Source of the DNA: Mobula hypostoma
Lineage: Eukaryota
DNA: 64,000 bases
Direction of reading: 5' to 3'
NCBI RefSeq assembly: GCF_963921235.1
Contig: NC_086107.1
Span: forward strand, 98,086,001-98,150,000
Both the position numbers and the translations under genes were made by a program. Shown here one piece after another: positions 1 through 14,289 of this stretch. The notes under the pieces are model-generated. The model saw only the letters and a program-made list of their open reading frames with translations. It searched no databases and was not told the origin of the DNA. Position 1 is the stretch's first letter; each line of letters opens with the position of its first letter.

Positions 1-859
1 GGTCTTCCAGCTGAGACACCTTTCTACTGAGATATCAATAATGTCTTGTTTCTAGTCTGACTTTGTGGATTCCAGAGTGGGAACCGCAGACTTTTCCCAT
101 AGATGGGGCAGGAGGCAGCTGCTAGGTGGGCAATCTGGGGTGTGGTATGCTTCTTCCACTGCTTACTTAGGGAGTCTGTTTGCTCCTGAAGCATGGACTC
201 GAGGTTCACTTTCAGCAGTCACAAGCCAGGAATTCCCAGCATACAGTAGGTACGCTGTACATTTTCCAGGTAGGCTGCAAGAGCATTCCTTAATCCATAT
301 ATATCTCTCTCTCTCTCTCCCTCTCTCTCTTCCGCGCTCCCCCCGCCCCAGGCCGTAGGGACTATACAGTGCTTTAGTGTTCTACGTTCATCAGTGAATT
401 TCTTCTCACTAGAACTTGGAATAGTGCATCTGCGCCTGACCTACGTGACTGACTGAGTGGATATTGTCTGAGAGACAACACTGACATCAGAGTGATAATA
501 TCTCCAGTGCATATGGGAGATTTTGGAGGCAGCACTGGTGATGTTTCTTACCTTGCTGTATCTCCAAATAAAATATAACAGACCCTTCCAGTGCAATGAG
601 TCCGGGCCACCGAGTTAACACCCATATGATCAATTAACCAGTACACCTTTGGAATGTTGGAGGAAACCAGAGGACCCAGAGGAACTCCACGTGGTCACGG
701 GAAGAATGTACAAACTCCATACAGAGAGCAGCAGAACTGAATCAGGGTTGGCGGTGCTGTAATGGCATTACACTACTGTGCCGCCCCAATAACTCTGCAG
801 TGCTTTGATATGTCTGCTATAGGGAGCCCAGCTACAGCAGGGAAGGGATGCTGGACTTT

Positions 860-1286
860 GATCTTGAACATCCTACTCCTCACACACACAATGGCTGTGC
901 AGGCTCCCTGATGATGGTGTCTGAAAGGAGGATGCTGTCCAAGTTGCATGCCATCTTGGACAATGTCTCCCATCCACTACATAATGTACTGGTTGGGCAC
1001 AGGAGTACATTCAGCCAGAGACTCATTCCACTGAGATGCAACACAGAGCATCATAGGAAGTCATTCCTGCCTGTGGCCATCAAACTTTACAACTTCTCCC
1101 TTGGAGGGTCAGACACCCTGAGCCAATAGGCTGGTCCTGGACTATTTCCATCTGGCATAATTTACATATTACTATTTAATTATTTATGGTTTTATATTGC
1201 TATATTTATACTCTATTCTTGGTTGGTGCAACTGTAAAGAAAACCAATTTCCCTCGGGATCAATAAAGTATGACTATGACTATGAA
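860..1286 (+). mobile_element. Rex1/Babar-type LINE 3' end
   Basis: Translation RMLSKLHAILDNVSHPLH...RCNTEHHRKSFLPVAIKLYN; AATAAA followed by a (TATGAC)n tail. Confidence 0.8.
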
Positions 1287-2537
1287 ACCAGTTCACACTG
1301 GGAGCGGATGCTGATCAATCTCTGGATGCGTGGATCCATGCAGAAGACAGTGATGTTGTTGAAATACACAGATTTTATCTGACTGGATTATTGCCCTAGC
1401 TACGCTGTGTCCTTCCTGATAGACTCAATAAGAGGCTCTATGTTTCACATAGACAAGACCAACAAGAGGGCAGGCATGCCTGCCCAGGTTTAATCCAGAT
1501 GCTTTCCACTTCCCATCCATCTCAGATTTCAAAATGCCAGATAGTCATTTTTCTCCATTTTCTGGATGTGCTTGCAACTATTGAAGATTTTAACAAAATT
1601 TCTGCTGCAGACTTTGAACAGCCCGTGCCCCATATCCATTAATGCTGGATTTACCGGCTGGCTCAGAATGATCACAGGCCTGGACCAAGACCCCGTTACC
1701 TGTCACAGCTTAATTTAACTGCAGCAACTTACTACCCACAAGATGGAGTGGGATTCTCTGCCAAAGAGGCTGGGGAGACTTAATCCCCAAATATATTCTA
1801 GGCTGAGGTAACTGACTTTGATATATGGAACACGAGGATAATTGGTTAGCACAGAAAGCAGCTCTGGGATAAAAGTTCTAACTGGGAGGTGGAGCAGCCA
1901 TGAGGTATGGAGGCAAAGGAGAGAAGGCCCACCTGATATTAGTGGCCAGGTCTCACTTAGATGAAAAGTTATGAATTCACATCAGATAGACAGACAGTGT
2001 AGTCAGAGGGCAGGCACATGGTGGGAGCACGAGTCTGCAGGAATCTGCTCCCCCTCATAATTCTCACTTACAGGTGTATTTTTTTTTCTTCCCTTGATAG
2101 TCAGATCCTGCATTTCCAGCTTTCTTTGATTAGGTAGCAGGCTGCTTTTTATTATTATTATTATTATTCATTTCTCTTTTTAGTACAATATATAGTTCTG
2201 GGGTGATAAAAGTTTATCTCCAATGTCCTTTCAAATATTTATACTTATAATATAAGTTGGCTTGGAGTGGGATAGTAGATGGGTTGGGTGCTTTCCTTTC
2301 TAATTTTTCATTTTTAATTTGGGTGACTTGCTCATTTGTTAAGATTTGTATTATTGCTATTTTTGTCTGTATTGCAATGATCCTTCTATTTATACTACTG
2401 ATTTTTTTTCTTCTATGCTGTAGTTTGTAGAAAATCATAAATAAAATATTTTTTAAAATCTGCTCCTCTAATCACAAGCAGGCCAAGAGAGACTGCCACA
2501 CCACAGTCCTCAGCCCCCTTACCGCTCTTGTACCCAC

Positions 2538-2615
2538 CTGGTTTTGACTACTAACTGCTCGTAGTTCAGGCTCCATCTGGCCCTCTTGCTTCTGCTGGAT
2601 GGCAGCTACGTCAGC
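2538..2615 (-). CDS. SUN2: SUN2 coding exon 9 (ADVAAIQQKQEGQMEPELRAVSSQNQ); gene continues beyond the window start
   Basis: Acceptor tctctttacttccag, donor CAG|gtgggt, 78 nt, phase 0 to 0, coiled-coil-like. An in-frame alternative donor GCG|gtaagg lies 15 nt further on. Confidence 0.82.
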
Positions 2616-2965
2616 CTGGAAGTAAAGAGACCAAGAGTCACCAAATTTCTCCAGTTACATCTCCTCTCTCCCCAAGGTCCTGAGCCTCACCAAGAATATA
2701 CATCCTTACCCTGAGCATCTCCATCCAACACCTTTAGAAAGAGAGATTACCAGGTTGCTGAAACAAGTTAACCAACAGCCGGATCGCCTGTGCTCAGACT
2801 GTCTGCCCACACCTCACCCTAATCACTGTCTCATAACCCACAACACTGCCCCCCCCCCCATGAACTGAATTTCACTGGCTTCACATTTCCCTGATGTCCT
2901 GACTCGCAGTGGCAGGAGGGTCCCTAGCTGTGCTCCCAGGAGTGGAGATGGAATTTGACACTCAC

Positions 2966-3202
2966 CTGAACCCTCCTCAGTGAGTCGAAGGGCAGGCTGT
3001 CTCGAAGCTCCTCCAGTTTCTGGTTGGTCATCTCGCCGAGCAGCTTGCCGATGTGGGCCTGTGTCAGTGGGGGTGTGACATGATCGGGCTGCGCCTCCCT
3101 GGGCTGACCCTGCCCAATGCCTTGGGCCAGCCAAGCCCGGAAGTCAGTGGTCAGCTGTTCGAGCTGCTGCTCCATTCTCTGCACTCGTGCCTGCAATTCA
3201 GA
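2966..3202 (-). CDS. SUN2: SUN2 coding exon 8 (SELQARVQRMEQQLEQLTTDFRAW...DSLRRVQ), lumenal coiled coil
   Basis: Acceptor catttctag, donor CAG|gtgagt, 237 nt, phase 0 to 0. Resembles SUN2 QRVMSRVHSLERRLEALAAEF...ARIQ. Confidence 0.88.
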
Positions 3203-6023
3203 CTAGAAATGGTGGTAGACGTCAGCCCAGCCCAGAACATTACCCGCCACCACCCGTCAACCAGATGAGTGCAGATTTACTGCCGCAGCCAAGGCCCAGC
3301 TCTTCTGTGGGGCACAGTGAGGAGAGTGTCCCCTGAAATCTAAAACACTACCTTCGCAGTTGACCCTGGCAGTCCTCATCTTTGCATCCCTTCAGCCCTC
3401 CCCAATTTCCAACCCCAATCACTTTGCACCCCCCCCAGCCAACTAGCAGCCTACCTCATTATCTCCCTTCTCTCCACTAATCCCTGTCGCTCACATTTCC
3501 TCTGACCCTCCCTTCAGCCATTCCTCCTGCTGCTGCTGTTTCCCTCCTTGTCGCCACCTCTCCCCTACTTTTCTAGCTCTCCCGCTCCCTTCTCACCAAC
3601 CCCCCAATCAACATTTCTCCAGTGGCAGCCCAGTGTTTGGTTTTAAGCCCTTCCTGAAACAAAACACTCACAGACTGCAGAGAGAGCAAATCCCACCTCG
3701 GGTATCACGTCTTCACGATGTTAAATTTAGATGTTGCGTTGTGCCTGGGTGCCAGGCTTTTACCAACACCTCATAACCACAGACACAAACCAACAACAGT
3801 CTCACTTCTCTTTCTGCGAGGGGACTGTATGCAGTTTGATTCCATGTTTACTTACTGGAGCTGACGTGCACACTATGGCCTCAAGAGCCTCCTGCACTGT
3901 AATGACCAAAATTATCCACCCAAATTAGTTCTTTAGACTCTTCCTGACTTGTTGCCATTGGAGGAGGAATGGGTGCTGGCCACACAGATACAGGCAGTTG
4001 ACAAGGACTGTGCAAACTGCACACACATGGGTGCAGGGAGGGCAGTGCTGCATAAAATAACCAAAGGCCATGTGTTGGGCAATTCTTAGAAACCAGCCAG
4101 AAATCTGTCAGCCTGTGGGCGACTGAATGACTGCAAAATAGGTCCCTACTGCTGAACTGGAAGCTCAGGACTCAGACCAGGTGTGACTGAGGAAATGACA
4201 GCCTTCATTCAGAAACCTGTTAGGCCAGGTTTTCCTGAGGATCAAGAAATTAATTCATGGAGATGAACTGCCCATCAAGGCCAAAGAAATGCTGAAGCAC
4301 TCTCTCCACCCCAGTCCCTTTCCCCACAGGATCTTTAAAGTACAGGTCAATGGCTGCATTAATGCTGCAGTCAATTCAGATGTGGGTCCCACCTACAGAT
4401 GCCAGCTGCACTGGAATGACAGGCAAGTGAATGGGAGACCAGACAGAGGCACCTTCGGAAGCTGGAGAGACGGATGTTTGACTGACAGGAAGGAAGGGGA
4501 AAACCAAGTGTTCTGTGTTGTGATTGGCAGGGAGGATGGGCAACCAGGTGAATGACAGGGAGGGAAAAATGCCTGATTGGGTCAGACTGCCCTACACAAG
4601 GATTTTGTTTAGTGTGCATTGTCTCAACACTGGAGGTTAATTGCATCACTCCCTCCCTCGCTCCCCATGTAGAGAGTTCTAACTCATGGAGTTCTCCATG
4701 ATAATTTTGTAATACAGCCCTCTGATTTGAACACCTCTCTCTGTTTGAAGCCGCTTCTTGAATGAGCTGGAGGGAGAATTTTTCCATTTGGAGAACTCCA
4801 GTTTGTGGACCAAAGTCCGGCCACATAGCATTGGCTTAAGGAACTGTAAGTGACAAGGGTTTACATTCACAACTGGAACAGCATCAGTGTGCTGTAGCCT
4901 TTCCAGCTTCAACACCCCGTCAGCTCATCTGCCCACAGGAGGGAGCACATCCATACAGAGTTCCCCTGCGGTCCCCTGCGAGCGCACAACTTGCCTGACA
5001 CCAGTAACCTGTGCAAAGAAATTTCCTCCAACTACAAGTCAGAAGCAGTTGGCTGCTCTGTCCTGGACTCAGTCTACTGTTCAAGCCCAGTACCCAATGC
5101 TTGTCCTTCCGCCCAGAGTGTCTAACTGTCATAGGGAGGGAATTTCAAATTTGGAACTTTGATCTCTGAAGGCACAGCGGAGGCAGCAAATGACGGCATT
5201 TCGGTGTCCAGGACAAGATGAGTCAGATCTCCAGGCTGATTGCAAGTTGGTCAAGACAACAGAGGACTGGTTTGAAGTTGAAGAACTATAAAATCAAAAC
5301 CTCTCACATCACAAAGACCCAAAGGTGGGTTAACTGCTGCAATAAATTATCTGTGTAAAATGCTGATGGGCTGAATGGCTTTCTTCTGAATATAAATACA
5401 AGAGTTTTGGTGGTCTGTTGATCCAGTGGATGCAACACGATTGAAAGCATTAAAATCTCTGGGAAAGGGTGAGAGTGTCTGACACACATTTTTAAAAAAA
5501 ACTCCACATTCAAGAGCATTGGTCCACTCTCCTGCATCATACTGAACAGGCACATTGTGAGGAAACTAGACCCCGTAAATGCAACCGGGGCAACAGCCTT
5601 CAGTCTGTTGGTCTGCAGGTGATGGGAGGTGTCAGCTGAGGAAGGCAACAGGGCATTTAATTTTGCACCTACGTGACTGAGGTTGGCTTTAAAGGGCCAG
5701 TTAAGTTTCTCAGATTGTGCTTTGGGGAAGAACTCCAGTGAGTGTAGGGATGCACTGGGTATTCACTGGATTCTGAAACTATCCTCAAGTCTCAGATATG
5801 GGGACAACTACACTGATAACAACCTATGGACGCGCAAGTTGCTAAAGTCACTGATGGCTGTACCATTATCTGGGGGGAGGGGTGAGTGGACTTTGTGGGA
5901 ACCTGCAGCCATAGTAGCTCCAGCAAATCTGTGAGCCAGGCTGGAGACACGACTCCAGGAGCTACAGTGAGACTGGCCACCAGAGTGAACCAGAAGCTAC
6001 CGACTTAATGCGTAGGAGCTCAC

Positions 6024-6154
6024 CTGTAGAGTGAGGTCCAGCACAGGGGCTGCCGGCTTCCGAGACCCAACTACCCTCTTCTCAACTTCTGCTCCTTCCA
6101 CTGGCTTCTCAGCACGAGACCAGATACTTCTGGCTGAGAGTAAGAGGCAAACAC
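6024..6154 (-). CDS. SUN2: SUN2 coding exon 7 (GVCLLLSARSIWSRAEKPVEGAEVEKRVVGSRKPAAPVLDLTLQ), end of TM helix and start of lumenal part
   Basis: Acceptor ttttctttttgttctggttctgcag, donor CAG|gtgagc, 131 nt, phase 1 to 0. Bridges the flanking exons in frame; sequence itself is divergent. Confidence 0.8.
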
Positions 6155-7154
6155 CTGCAGAACCAGAACAAAAAGAAAACATATATTTAAGATACAGGAG
6201 GCCATTTGGCCCATAATGTAGGTGCCAGTTTCCCACCCTAACCCACCTCTCTGCACTGGGTCTGCAGCCCTTGGCTCCTCAAGAACACACCGAGCTTCAA
6301 TGCTGTGAGGATTTCTGCCTCTCCACTCTTTTAGACAGAGTTCCACACCCCAGCATCCTGGGTGAAGCTTTCTCATCAACGCTTCTCTTATCCTTCTACC
6401 ATTACTTTAAATCTATGTCTCTTGGTTCTTGACCCATCAGCCAAAGAACAGGTCCTTTCTATAAATTCTATCTAGGTTCCCATTTATGCAACTCAATTAA
6501 ATGTCCCCTCAAACTCCTCTTAAAACAACTCCAACCCATTCAACTTCTTGTCATGGCTGAAATTCCAGTCCCGGCAACATCCTTATAAATCTCTTCTACG
6601 CTCTCTCCAGTGTAAACAGATCTTTCATGTCATGTTGTGACAAAAACTGCACAGAAAGCTCAGGCTGTGGTTTCACAGGTCTTGCACACAGTTCTGGCAT
6701 AACCTCCTTGCTCTTATATTCTATACCTTAATTGATTTTTTAACAAAAAGCATCTTAAAACCATAGAATCATACAACATGGAAACAGACAACTTGGCCCT
6801 ACTTGTCCATGGTGATTAATTTGCCTACCTAAACAAGTCTCATTTACTGACATGTGAACCATATTCTTCTAAATCTTTCCTATTCATGTACCTGTCTAAA
6901 TATTTTTATATGTGGTAATTGTACCTTGCTCTATCATTTCTTATGGCAGCTCATTCCATATACCCAGCACAGTTTGTGTGAAAAGCTGCCCCTGTAGAAT
7001 TTTCCCTCTTGCCTTAAATCAATTCCCTCTAGTTTCAGGCTCTTGTACCCTGGCAAAAAGATTAATCATTCTTAACTGTGCCTCTCTACGTAGATGCTAC
7101 TTGACTTGAGTATTTTCAGCATTGGTTCATTAGCATTTTGCACATCTCTATCCA

Positions 7155-10100
7155 CTCCACTGGAGAAGAGGCGAGCTATAGTGATAGGGGATTTGGTGGT
7201 TAGAGGTACAGAAAGGAGATTTTGTGAACAAGAACGAGATTCCTGGGTGGTATGTTACCTCCTGGGTGCCAGGGTCAGGGACATTTCAGATCGAGTCCTC
7301 AGCAGAGGGAGCAGCCGGAGGCTGTGGTTAATCTCGGTACCAATGACATGGGTAGGAGGGGTGACAGGGTGAGTTCAGGGAGATGGGTGCAAAGTTAAAG
7401 GACAGAACCTCCAAGGTTGTGATCTCAGGATTGCTACCAGTGCCACGTGCTAGTAAGGTCAGAAATAGGAAGATTATACAATTTAACACGTGGCTAAGGA
7501 GACAGTGCAGGAGGCAGGGCTTCAAGTTTTTGAATAATTGGGCTCTCTACCACGGAAGGTGGGACTGTACAGAAGGAATGGTTTGCACCTCAATTGGAGG
7601 GGGAGCTAATACCCTAGCAGGAAGATTTACTAGTGCTGCATGGGTGGGTGGTGGGTTGGGGGGGGAGGGGGAGTAAACTAGAGATGCAGGGGGATGGGAA
7701 CGAGCACACCAAATAAGAGTGGAGTGGTTGTGGGAAAGTTATTGTTATGCATACATACGTCAGGAATCAAAAGGTTGAGTATGATGGGACTAATGTTCTG
7801 GGCTGCGACAGTTCAACGCAAGGAGTATTGTTGGAAAGGCGGATGAGCTTAGGGCATGTGGAATTATGACAGTGTAGCTACTGGTTGCCATTGCTGAGAC
7901 TTGGTTGCAGGAAGGGCGGGACTGGCAGCTCAATGTTCCAGGGTTCCATTGTTTTAGACGTGATAAAGCAGGAGGGATTAAAGGGGGAAGGTGGCATTGC
8001 TAGTCAGGGAAAATGTCACGGCAGTTCTCTGTCAGGACAGACTGGAGAACTCATCCAGTGAGGCTTTATGGGTAAAACTGAAGAAGGAAGGTCTGCCCAC
8101 ATTAATGGAATTATATTATAGACTATCCAACTGTCCACAGGATTTACAGGAGCAAACTTGTCAAGACATCGCAGACTGTTGTAAGAAACACAACATTGTG
8201 ATAGTAGGTGATTTTAACTTTCCACGTATTGACTGGGACTCCCATACTATAAAAGGGTTGGAAGGGAAAGAGTTTATCAAATATATTCAGGAAAGTTTCC
8301 TTAATCAGTAAACAGAAGTCCCAACTAGAGAGAGAGCAATACTAGATCTTCTACTAGGGAATGAGACACAGCAGGTGGCAGAAGTTTGCATAGGGGAACA
8401 TTATGCATCTAGTGATCATAATGCCATTAGTTTCAAACTAATTACGGGAAAGGATAAGTCTGGTCTGTGGGTTGAGATTCTAAACTGGAGTAAAGCCAAT
8501 ATTGATGGTATCTGGCAAGTGTAGATTGGGACAGGTTGTTTCTGGCAAAGGTGTACTTGGTAAGGGGGAGACCTTCAAAAGTGTAATTTTGAGAGTACAG
8601 AGTTTGTAGTGCATGTCCTATCAGAATAAAAGGCAAGGATAACAGGTTTTGGAAATCTTGGCTTTCAAGAGATATTGAAGCCCTGGTTCATAAAATGAAT
8701 TAGCTGCATTACAGATACAGGCAAGTAGGAACAAATGAGGTGGTTAGGGAGTATAAGAAATACAACAGAACGCGAAGGAGAAAGTCAGGAGGGCCAAAAG
8801 GTGGCACAAGGTTGTTCAAGCAAACAAGGTCCCAATGTCTTCTACAGATATATTAAGAATAAAAGGATAAAATTGGCAAGGGACAAAATTGGTGCTCTGG
8901 AAGATCAGTAAGGCATTCTTTGTGTGGAGCTGAAAGAGATGGGGGAGATCTGAAATTGATTTTTTGCGTCTGAATTTACTCAAGAGACAAAGTTTACAGA
9001 ACTGAGGCAAAGCAGAAGCGAGGTCATGGACCTTATACAGATTACAGAGGAGGAGTTGTTTGCTGTCTTGAAGGAAATTAGGGTGGATAAATCCCCAGGG
9101 CCTAACAAGGTGCTCACTTGGTCCCTGTGGGAGGCTAGTGCTGAAATTATGGGGGCTTTAGCAGAGATATTTTAAACATCCTTAGGCACTGGTGAGGTGC
9201 CAGAGGATTGGAGGATAACTAATCTTGTTCTGCTTTTTAAGTAAGGCTCTAAGAATTAGCCAGGTAATTATAGGCCAGTGAGCCTGACATCAATAGTGAG
9301 AAAATTATTACAAAGTATTTGAAGGGACCAGATATGTAAATATTTGAATAGACAAGGACTGATTAGAGATAGTCAAGATGGATTTGTAGGTCTAACCAAT
9401 CTCATTTTTTTTTTTTTTTTTTTTTTTTTGAGGAAGTTACCAGAAAAGCTGATGAAGGCAAGGCAGTGTATGTTGCCTCCATGGACTTTAGCAGGACCTT
9501 TGAAAAGGTAGCTCATGGGAGCTTGGTCAAGAAGGATCAGTTGTTTGGCATGTAAGATGAGGTAGTAAATTGGATGAGGCATTGGCTTTGAAGAAGCCAG
9601 AGAGTGGTAGTAGATGGTTGCCTCTCTGACTGGAGGTCTTTGACTAGTGGTGTGCCACAAGGATTGGTACTGGGTCCTTTGTTGTTTGTCATCTATATCA
9701 ATGATCCGGATAATGTGGTAAACCAGATCAGCAAATTTGTGGACGACATCAAGATTGGGGATGTATTTGACAGTGAGGATGACCATCATGGCTTGCTGCG
9801 GGATCTGCATCAGCTGGAAAATAGCAGATAGAATTTAACGCAGTCAAGTGCAAGGTTTTGCACTTTGGTAGGAACAGCCAGGGTAAGTCTTATACAGTAA
9901 GCGCTAGGGCACTGAGGAGTGAGTGCGTAGAACATGGGGATCTGGGAATACAGGTCCATAATTTGACAAAAGTTCCGTCACAGGTACGTAGGGTCCTAAA
10001 GAAAGCTTTTGGCCCATTGGCCATCATAAGTCCAAATATTGAATACAGAAGTTGAGATGTAATGCTGAAATTGTAGAACATATTGGTGAGGCCTAAGCTG

Positions 10101-10612
10101 GAGAACTATGTGCAGTTTTGGTCACCTACCTACAGGAAAGATGTAAATAAGATTGTAAGAGTACAGAGAAAACTTGCAAGGGTGTTTTTGGGACCCAAGG
10201 ACCTGAATTATGGGGAAAAACTGAATAGGTTAGGACTTTATTCCCTAGAACATAGAAGAATGAGAGGAGGTTTGATAGTGGTATACAAAATTATGAGGGG
10301 TATATGCAAGCAGGCTTTTTCCACTGAGGTCAAGTGAGACTAGAGCTAGAAGTCCTGGGTTAAGGGTGAAAAGTGTAATGTTTAAGGGGAACAGGAAGGG
10401 AAGCTTCTTTATTCACAGGGTGGTGAGAGTGTGGAATGAGCTGACAGTGCAAATGGTAGATGCAGGCTCGATCTCAACATTTAAGAGAAATTTGGATAGA
10501 TACATGGATGGGAGGGGTATGGAAGGCTTTGGTTTGGGGGCAGGTCAATGGTGTGGGACAGACTAGATGAACTGAATGGCCTGTTTCTGTGATGTAGTGT
10601 TCTATGACTATT
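7155..10612 (+). mobile_element. CR1 LINE, near full length, decayed (ORF1 esterase, AP endonuclease, RT)
   Basis: Motifs AIVIGD.VVRGTERRFC, VVISGLLPVPRAS, VIVGDFNFPRIDW, SGVPQGLVLGPLLF, LENYVQFWSP. Many stops and frameshifts. Confidence 0.92.
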
Positions 10613-12017
10613 CTCCTGTCCCCAAGGATTGTGAATGTATACTCCAAAGTCCTTCTGTTGCACCACACTACAATATTGTTCTATTGTTACAACCCCTGCT
10701 GCAAATATTGTACTTCACACTTCTCTGGATCAAATTCAGTTAGCCGCTCCTCTGCCCAGCTGACCGGCCTATAAATATCTCCTGCAATCTGTAACACTCC
10801 TCACTGGTACCACTATGGCCAACCTTTAAACCATCTGCAAATTTCTCATCGTACCCTGAATACTTACAGCTACATTTTAACATATTAATTAAGCAAAATA
10901 AGGTACTGAGCACTGTGGAAACCCCACCCCCCAGCACAGATATATTTTTGGTTCCAATTTGCTATTTGCGTAGTAACTCAAGGGCCTGCAAGGTGGACCT
11001 CATCAAAAGTCTCACTAAAATCCACGCCACCACCACTCTCGCCCTCCTCATTTTGTCTGAAACTTTACAGGGACGTTAACCTCACAGTCCAGTCCTCTCT
11101 GAGCTGTAATTCAGCAATAAGTAATTATCATACATCTGCATGTTGTATGGGTGTCTTTAGCTCATTTGTCTCATTAAATAGACTCTATCCAACCCACACC
11201 CGACTAGCAGCATCAATCCCTATCCTCCTCTAACTTAGAGATGTATAGCTGGCACCTCAAGGCACTAACGTTGTCTCTGCAAAATCTTTCAAATACACCA
11301 GAAAGCTAAGTCAACCAACATCAGCATCCTCCCCCACAACATATTCCCTAGTTTTGGCCCCTTTAACAATGCAGTTGGCTACATTAGGCAAGGTCATGAC
11401 ACTAGATCCCCAAAACAAACACTAATTCAAACTCCATCATGACATGAAGTTACCAGGTGGACAGAACCAAAGATGTATGCACAGACTCCGGGAAAAAAAA
11501 CATAACTCCCCCAGACCACTGAGAATCTCTGGTTTAAAGCTGGGAAGGAGTATTCAGGATGGTTTTGGGAACCCAGCCCATGCATCGTGAGCACAGAGTG
11601 AACAGCAGAAGGAGCAAATTACCCTCAACCCACCCCAAGGCTCAGAATCTGGGTGACACTGGGTTCCAACATTAGCCTCAGTCACCTCAGAACTGAAAAT
11701 CAGGGTGAAAGCAGGTTCTCAATCCCAAGGCACTGTCTACGATGAGGAATCCTTGTCATTAAGTGAATAGCATTAATCAGAGCCACATTTTCATGTTATG
11801 CTATCTTACCTTTGTTTGTTCTTTCCATACTCACCAACTTCTTGCCCTCATTTCCAGTTCCATTCATCTCCTCCCAAATCCTTGCTCAAACCTCCCTTGC
11901 TGCCAGAACAATAAAAACCCATCCAAACAGCAGTAGCAAACCCAAGCAGTCGATTATTCCAGCCTAAACAATATTGAGATGCCACTTGCATCCAAAACCA
12001 GTCGGTACTTTACAAGA

Positions 12018-14287
12018 AACAGATGTTCTCAGGGAAATGCACAGAACAAATTTGGCAAACGTTCAGGGGATATTTGCGTGGAGTTTTGCATAGGTACACT
12101 CCAATGAGACGGAAAGGATGGTAGAGTACAGGAACCATGGTCTCCAAAGGCTGTTGTAAATCTAGTCAAGAAGGAAGGTTAAAAAAAAATTAGGTAATGA
12201 TAAAGATCTAGAAGATTATAAGGCTAGCAAGAAGGAGCTTAAGAATGAAATTAGGAGAGCCAGAAGGGGCCATGAGAAGGCCAAGGCGAGCAGGACTAAA
12301 GAAAACCCCAAGACATTCTACAAGTACAGGTGTTCCCCGCTTTTCGAACGTTCGCTTTACCAAACCTTGCTGTTACAAAAGACCTACATTAGTTACCCGT
12401 TTTCGCTAACAGAAGGTGTTTTCACTGTTATGAAAAAAGGCAGCGAGTGAAAAAAGCAGCGCGTGCCCCAAGCAGCCAAGCTCCTCCCCCGGAACTGCAT
12501 TCTAGCCGGCATTGCTTAAACAAGTGCCTGTGAGCAGCCGTTAGCAAGATGAGTTCTAAGGTATCGGAAAAGCCTAAAAGAGCTCGTAAGGGTGTTACAC
12601 TTAGCATAAAACTAGACATAATTAAGCGTTTCGATCGTGGTGAATGAAGTAAGGACAAAGTGAGTTTGGCTTGTGGAAGTTGACAAGATGATGTTGAAGA
12701 GGTTTTGGCATCCCATGACCAAGAACTGATAGATGAAGAGCTGATGCAATTGGAAGAGGAAAGGACAGCAATCGAAACTGAATGAAGTAGCGAATGGACC
12801 GAAAGTGAAGTTGTCCAGGAACAGAACGTGAAGATGATGACCTGGATTGGAGGGGTGCAGATGCTGTTCCCTTATTCAAGAAAGGGAGTAGAGAGAGCCC
12901 ACAAGCTTATAGACCAGTGAGTCTTACTTCAGTGGTTGGTAAGCTGATGGAGAAGATCCTGAGAGGCAGGATTTATGAACATTTAAAGAGGCATAATACG
13001 TTTAGGAATAGTCAGATGTCAAAGGCAGGTCGTGCCTTATGAGCCTGATTGAATTTTTTGAGGATGTGACTAAACACATTGATGAAGGTAGAGCCATAGG
13101 TGTAGCGTATATGGATTTCAGCAAGGCATTTGATAAGGTTCCCCATGCAAGGCTTATTGAGAAAGTAAGGAGGCATGGGATCCAAGGGGATATTGCTTTG
13201 TGGATCTAGAACTGGCTTGCCCACAGAAGGCAAAGGGTGGTTGTAGACAGGTCATATTCTGCATGGAGGTCAGTGACCGGTGGTGTGCCTCAGGGATCTG
13301 TTCTGCGACCCTTACTTTCGTGATTTTTATAAATGACCTGGATGAGAAAGTGGAGGGATGGGTTAGTAAATTTGCTGATGACACAAAGGTTGGTGGTGTT
13401 GTGGATAGTGTGGAGGGCTGTCAGAGGTTACAACGGGATATTGATAGGATGCAAAACTGGGCTGAGAAGTGGCAGATGGAGTTCAACCCAGATAAGTGTG
13501 AGATGGTTCATTTTGGTAGGTCAAATATGATGGCAGAATTTAGTATTAATGGTAAGACTCTTGGCAGTGTGGAGGATCAGAGGGATCTTGGGGTGCAAAT
13601 CCATAGGACACTCAAAGCTGCTGCGCAGGTTAACTTAGTGGTTAAGATGGCATATGGTGCATTGGCCTTCATCAATTGTGGGATTGAGTTTAAGAGCTGA
13701 GAGATAATGTTGCAGCTATACAGGACCCTGATCAGGTTCCACTTGGAGAACTGTGCTCAGTTCTGGTCACCTCACTACAGGAAGGATGTGAAAACCATAG
13801 AAGGGGTGCAGAGGAGATTTACAAGGATGTTGCCTGGATTGAGGAAGATGCCTTATGAAAACAGGTTGAGTGAACGCGACCTTTTCTCTTTGGAGCAATG
13901 GAGGACGAGAGGTGACCTGATAGAGGTGTATAAGTTGATGAGGGGCATTGATCGTGTGGATAGTCAGAGGCTTTTTCTCAGGGATGAAATGGCTAGCACA
14001 AGAGGGCACAGTTTTAAGGTGCTTTGAAGTAGGTTCAGAGGCGATGTCAGGGGTAAGTTGTTTTTTTTTAAAAATGCAGAGAGTGGCGAGTACGTGGAAT
14101 AGGCTGCCGGTGACAGTGGCGGAGGGGTATACCATAGGCTCTTTTAAGAGACTCCTGGATAGGTACATGGAGCTCAGAAAAATAGAGGGTATGAGTAACC
14201 CTAGGCAATTTTTAAGGTAAGCACATGGTCGGCACAGCTTTGTGGGCTGAAGGACCTCTATTGCCCTGTAGGTTTTCTATATTTCTA
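12018..14287 (+). mobile_element. CR1 LINE RT and 3' end, with nested Tigger fragment
   Basis: Motifs FINDLDEKVEGWVSKFADDTK, LENCAQFWSPHYRKD, RGDLIEVYK. Confidence 0.92.
12327..12835 (+). mobile_element. Tigger/pogo-type DNA transposon, internally deleted, right end missing
   Basis: Starts TA|CAGGTG inside CR1. ATG 12549 gives MSSKVSEKPKRARKGVTLSIKLDIIKRFDRGE (psq/CENP-B HTH-like), joined to an acidic tail DDVEEVLASHDQELIDEELMQLEEER. Confidence 0.75.
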
Positions 14288-14289
14288 AG

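Noticed and set aside
1..210. Next SUN2 exon(s) at the window edge (RKVSQLED; NLESMLQEQTDSL)
   Set aside because: Coiled-coil-like words are present, but I could not find a phase-compatible acceptor/donor pair. Sequence beyond position 1 is needed.
11835..11963. Extra 129-nt SUN2 exon (ag|GCTGG...TTG|gtgagt)
   Set aside because: It contains an in-frame TGA in the required phase, has a weak pyrimidine tract and shows no SUN similarity. It could only be a poison exon, which would need RNA evidence.
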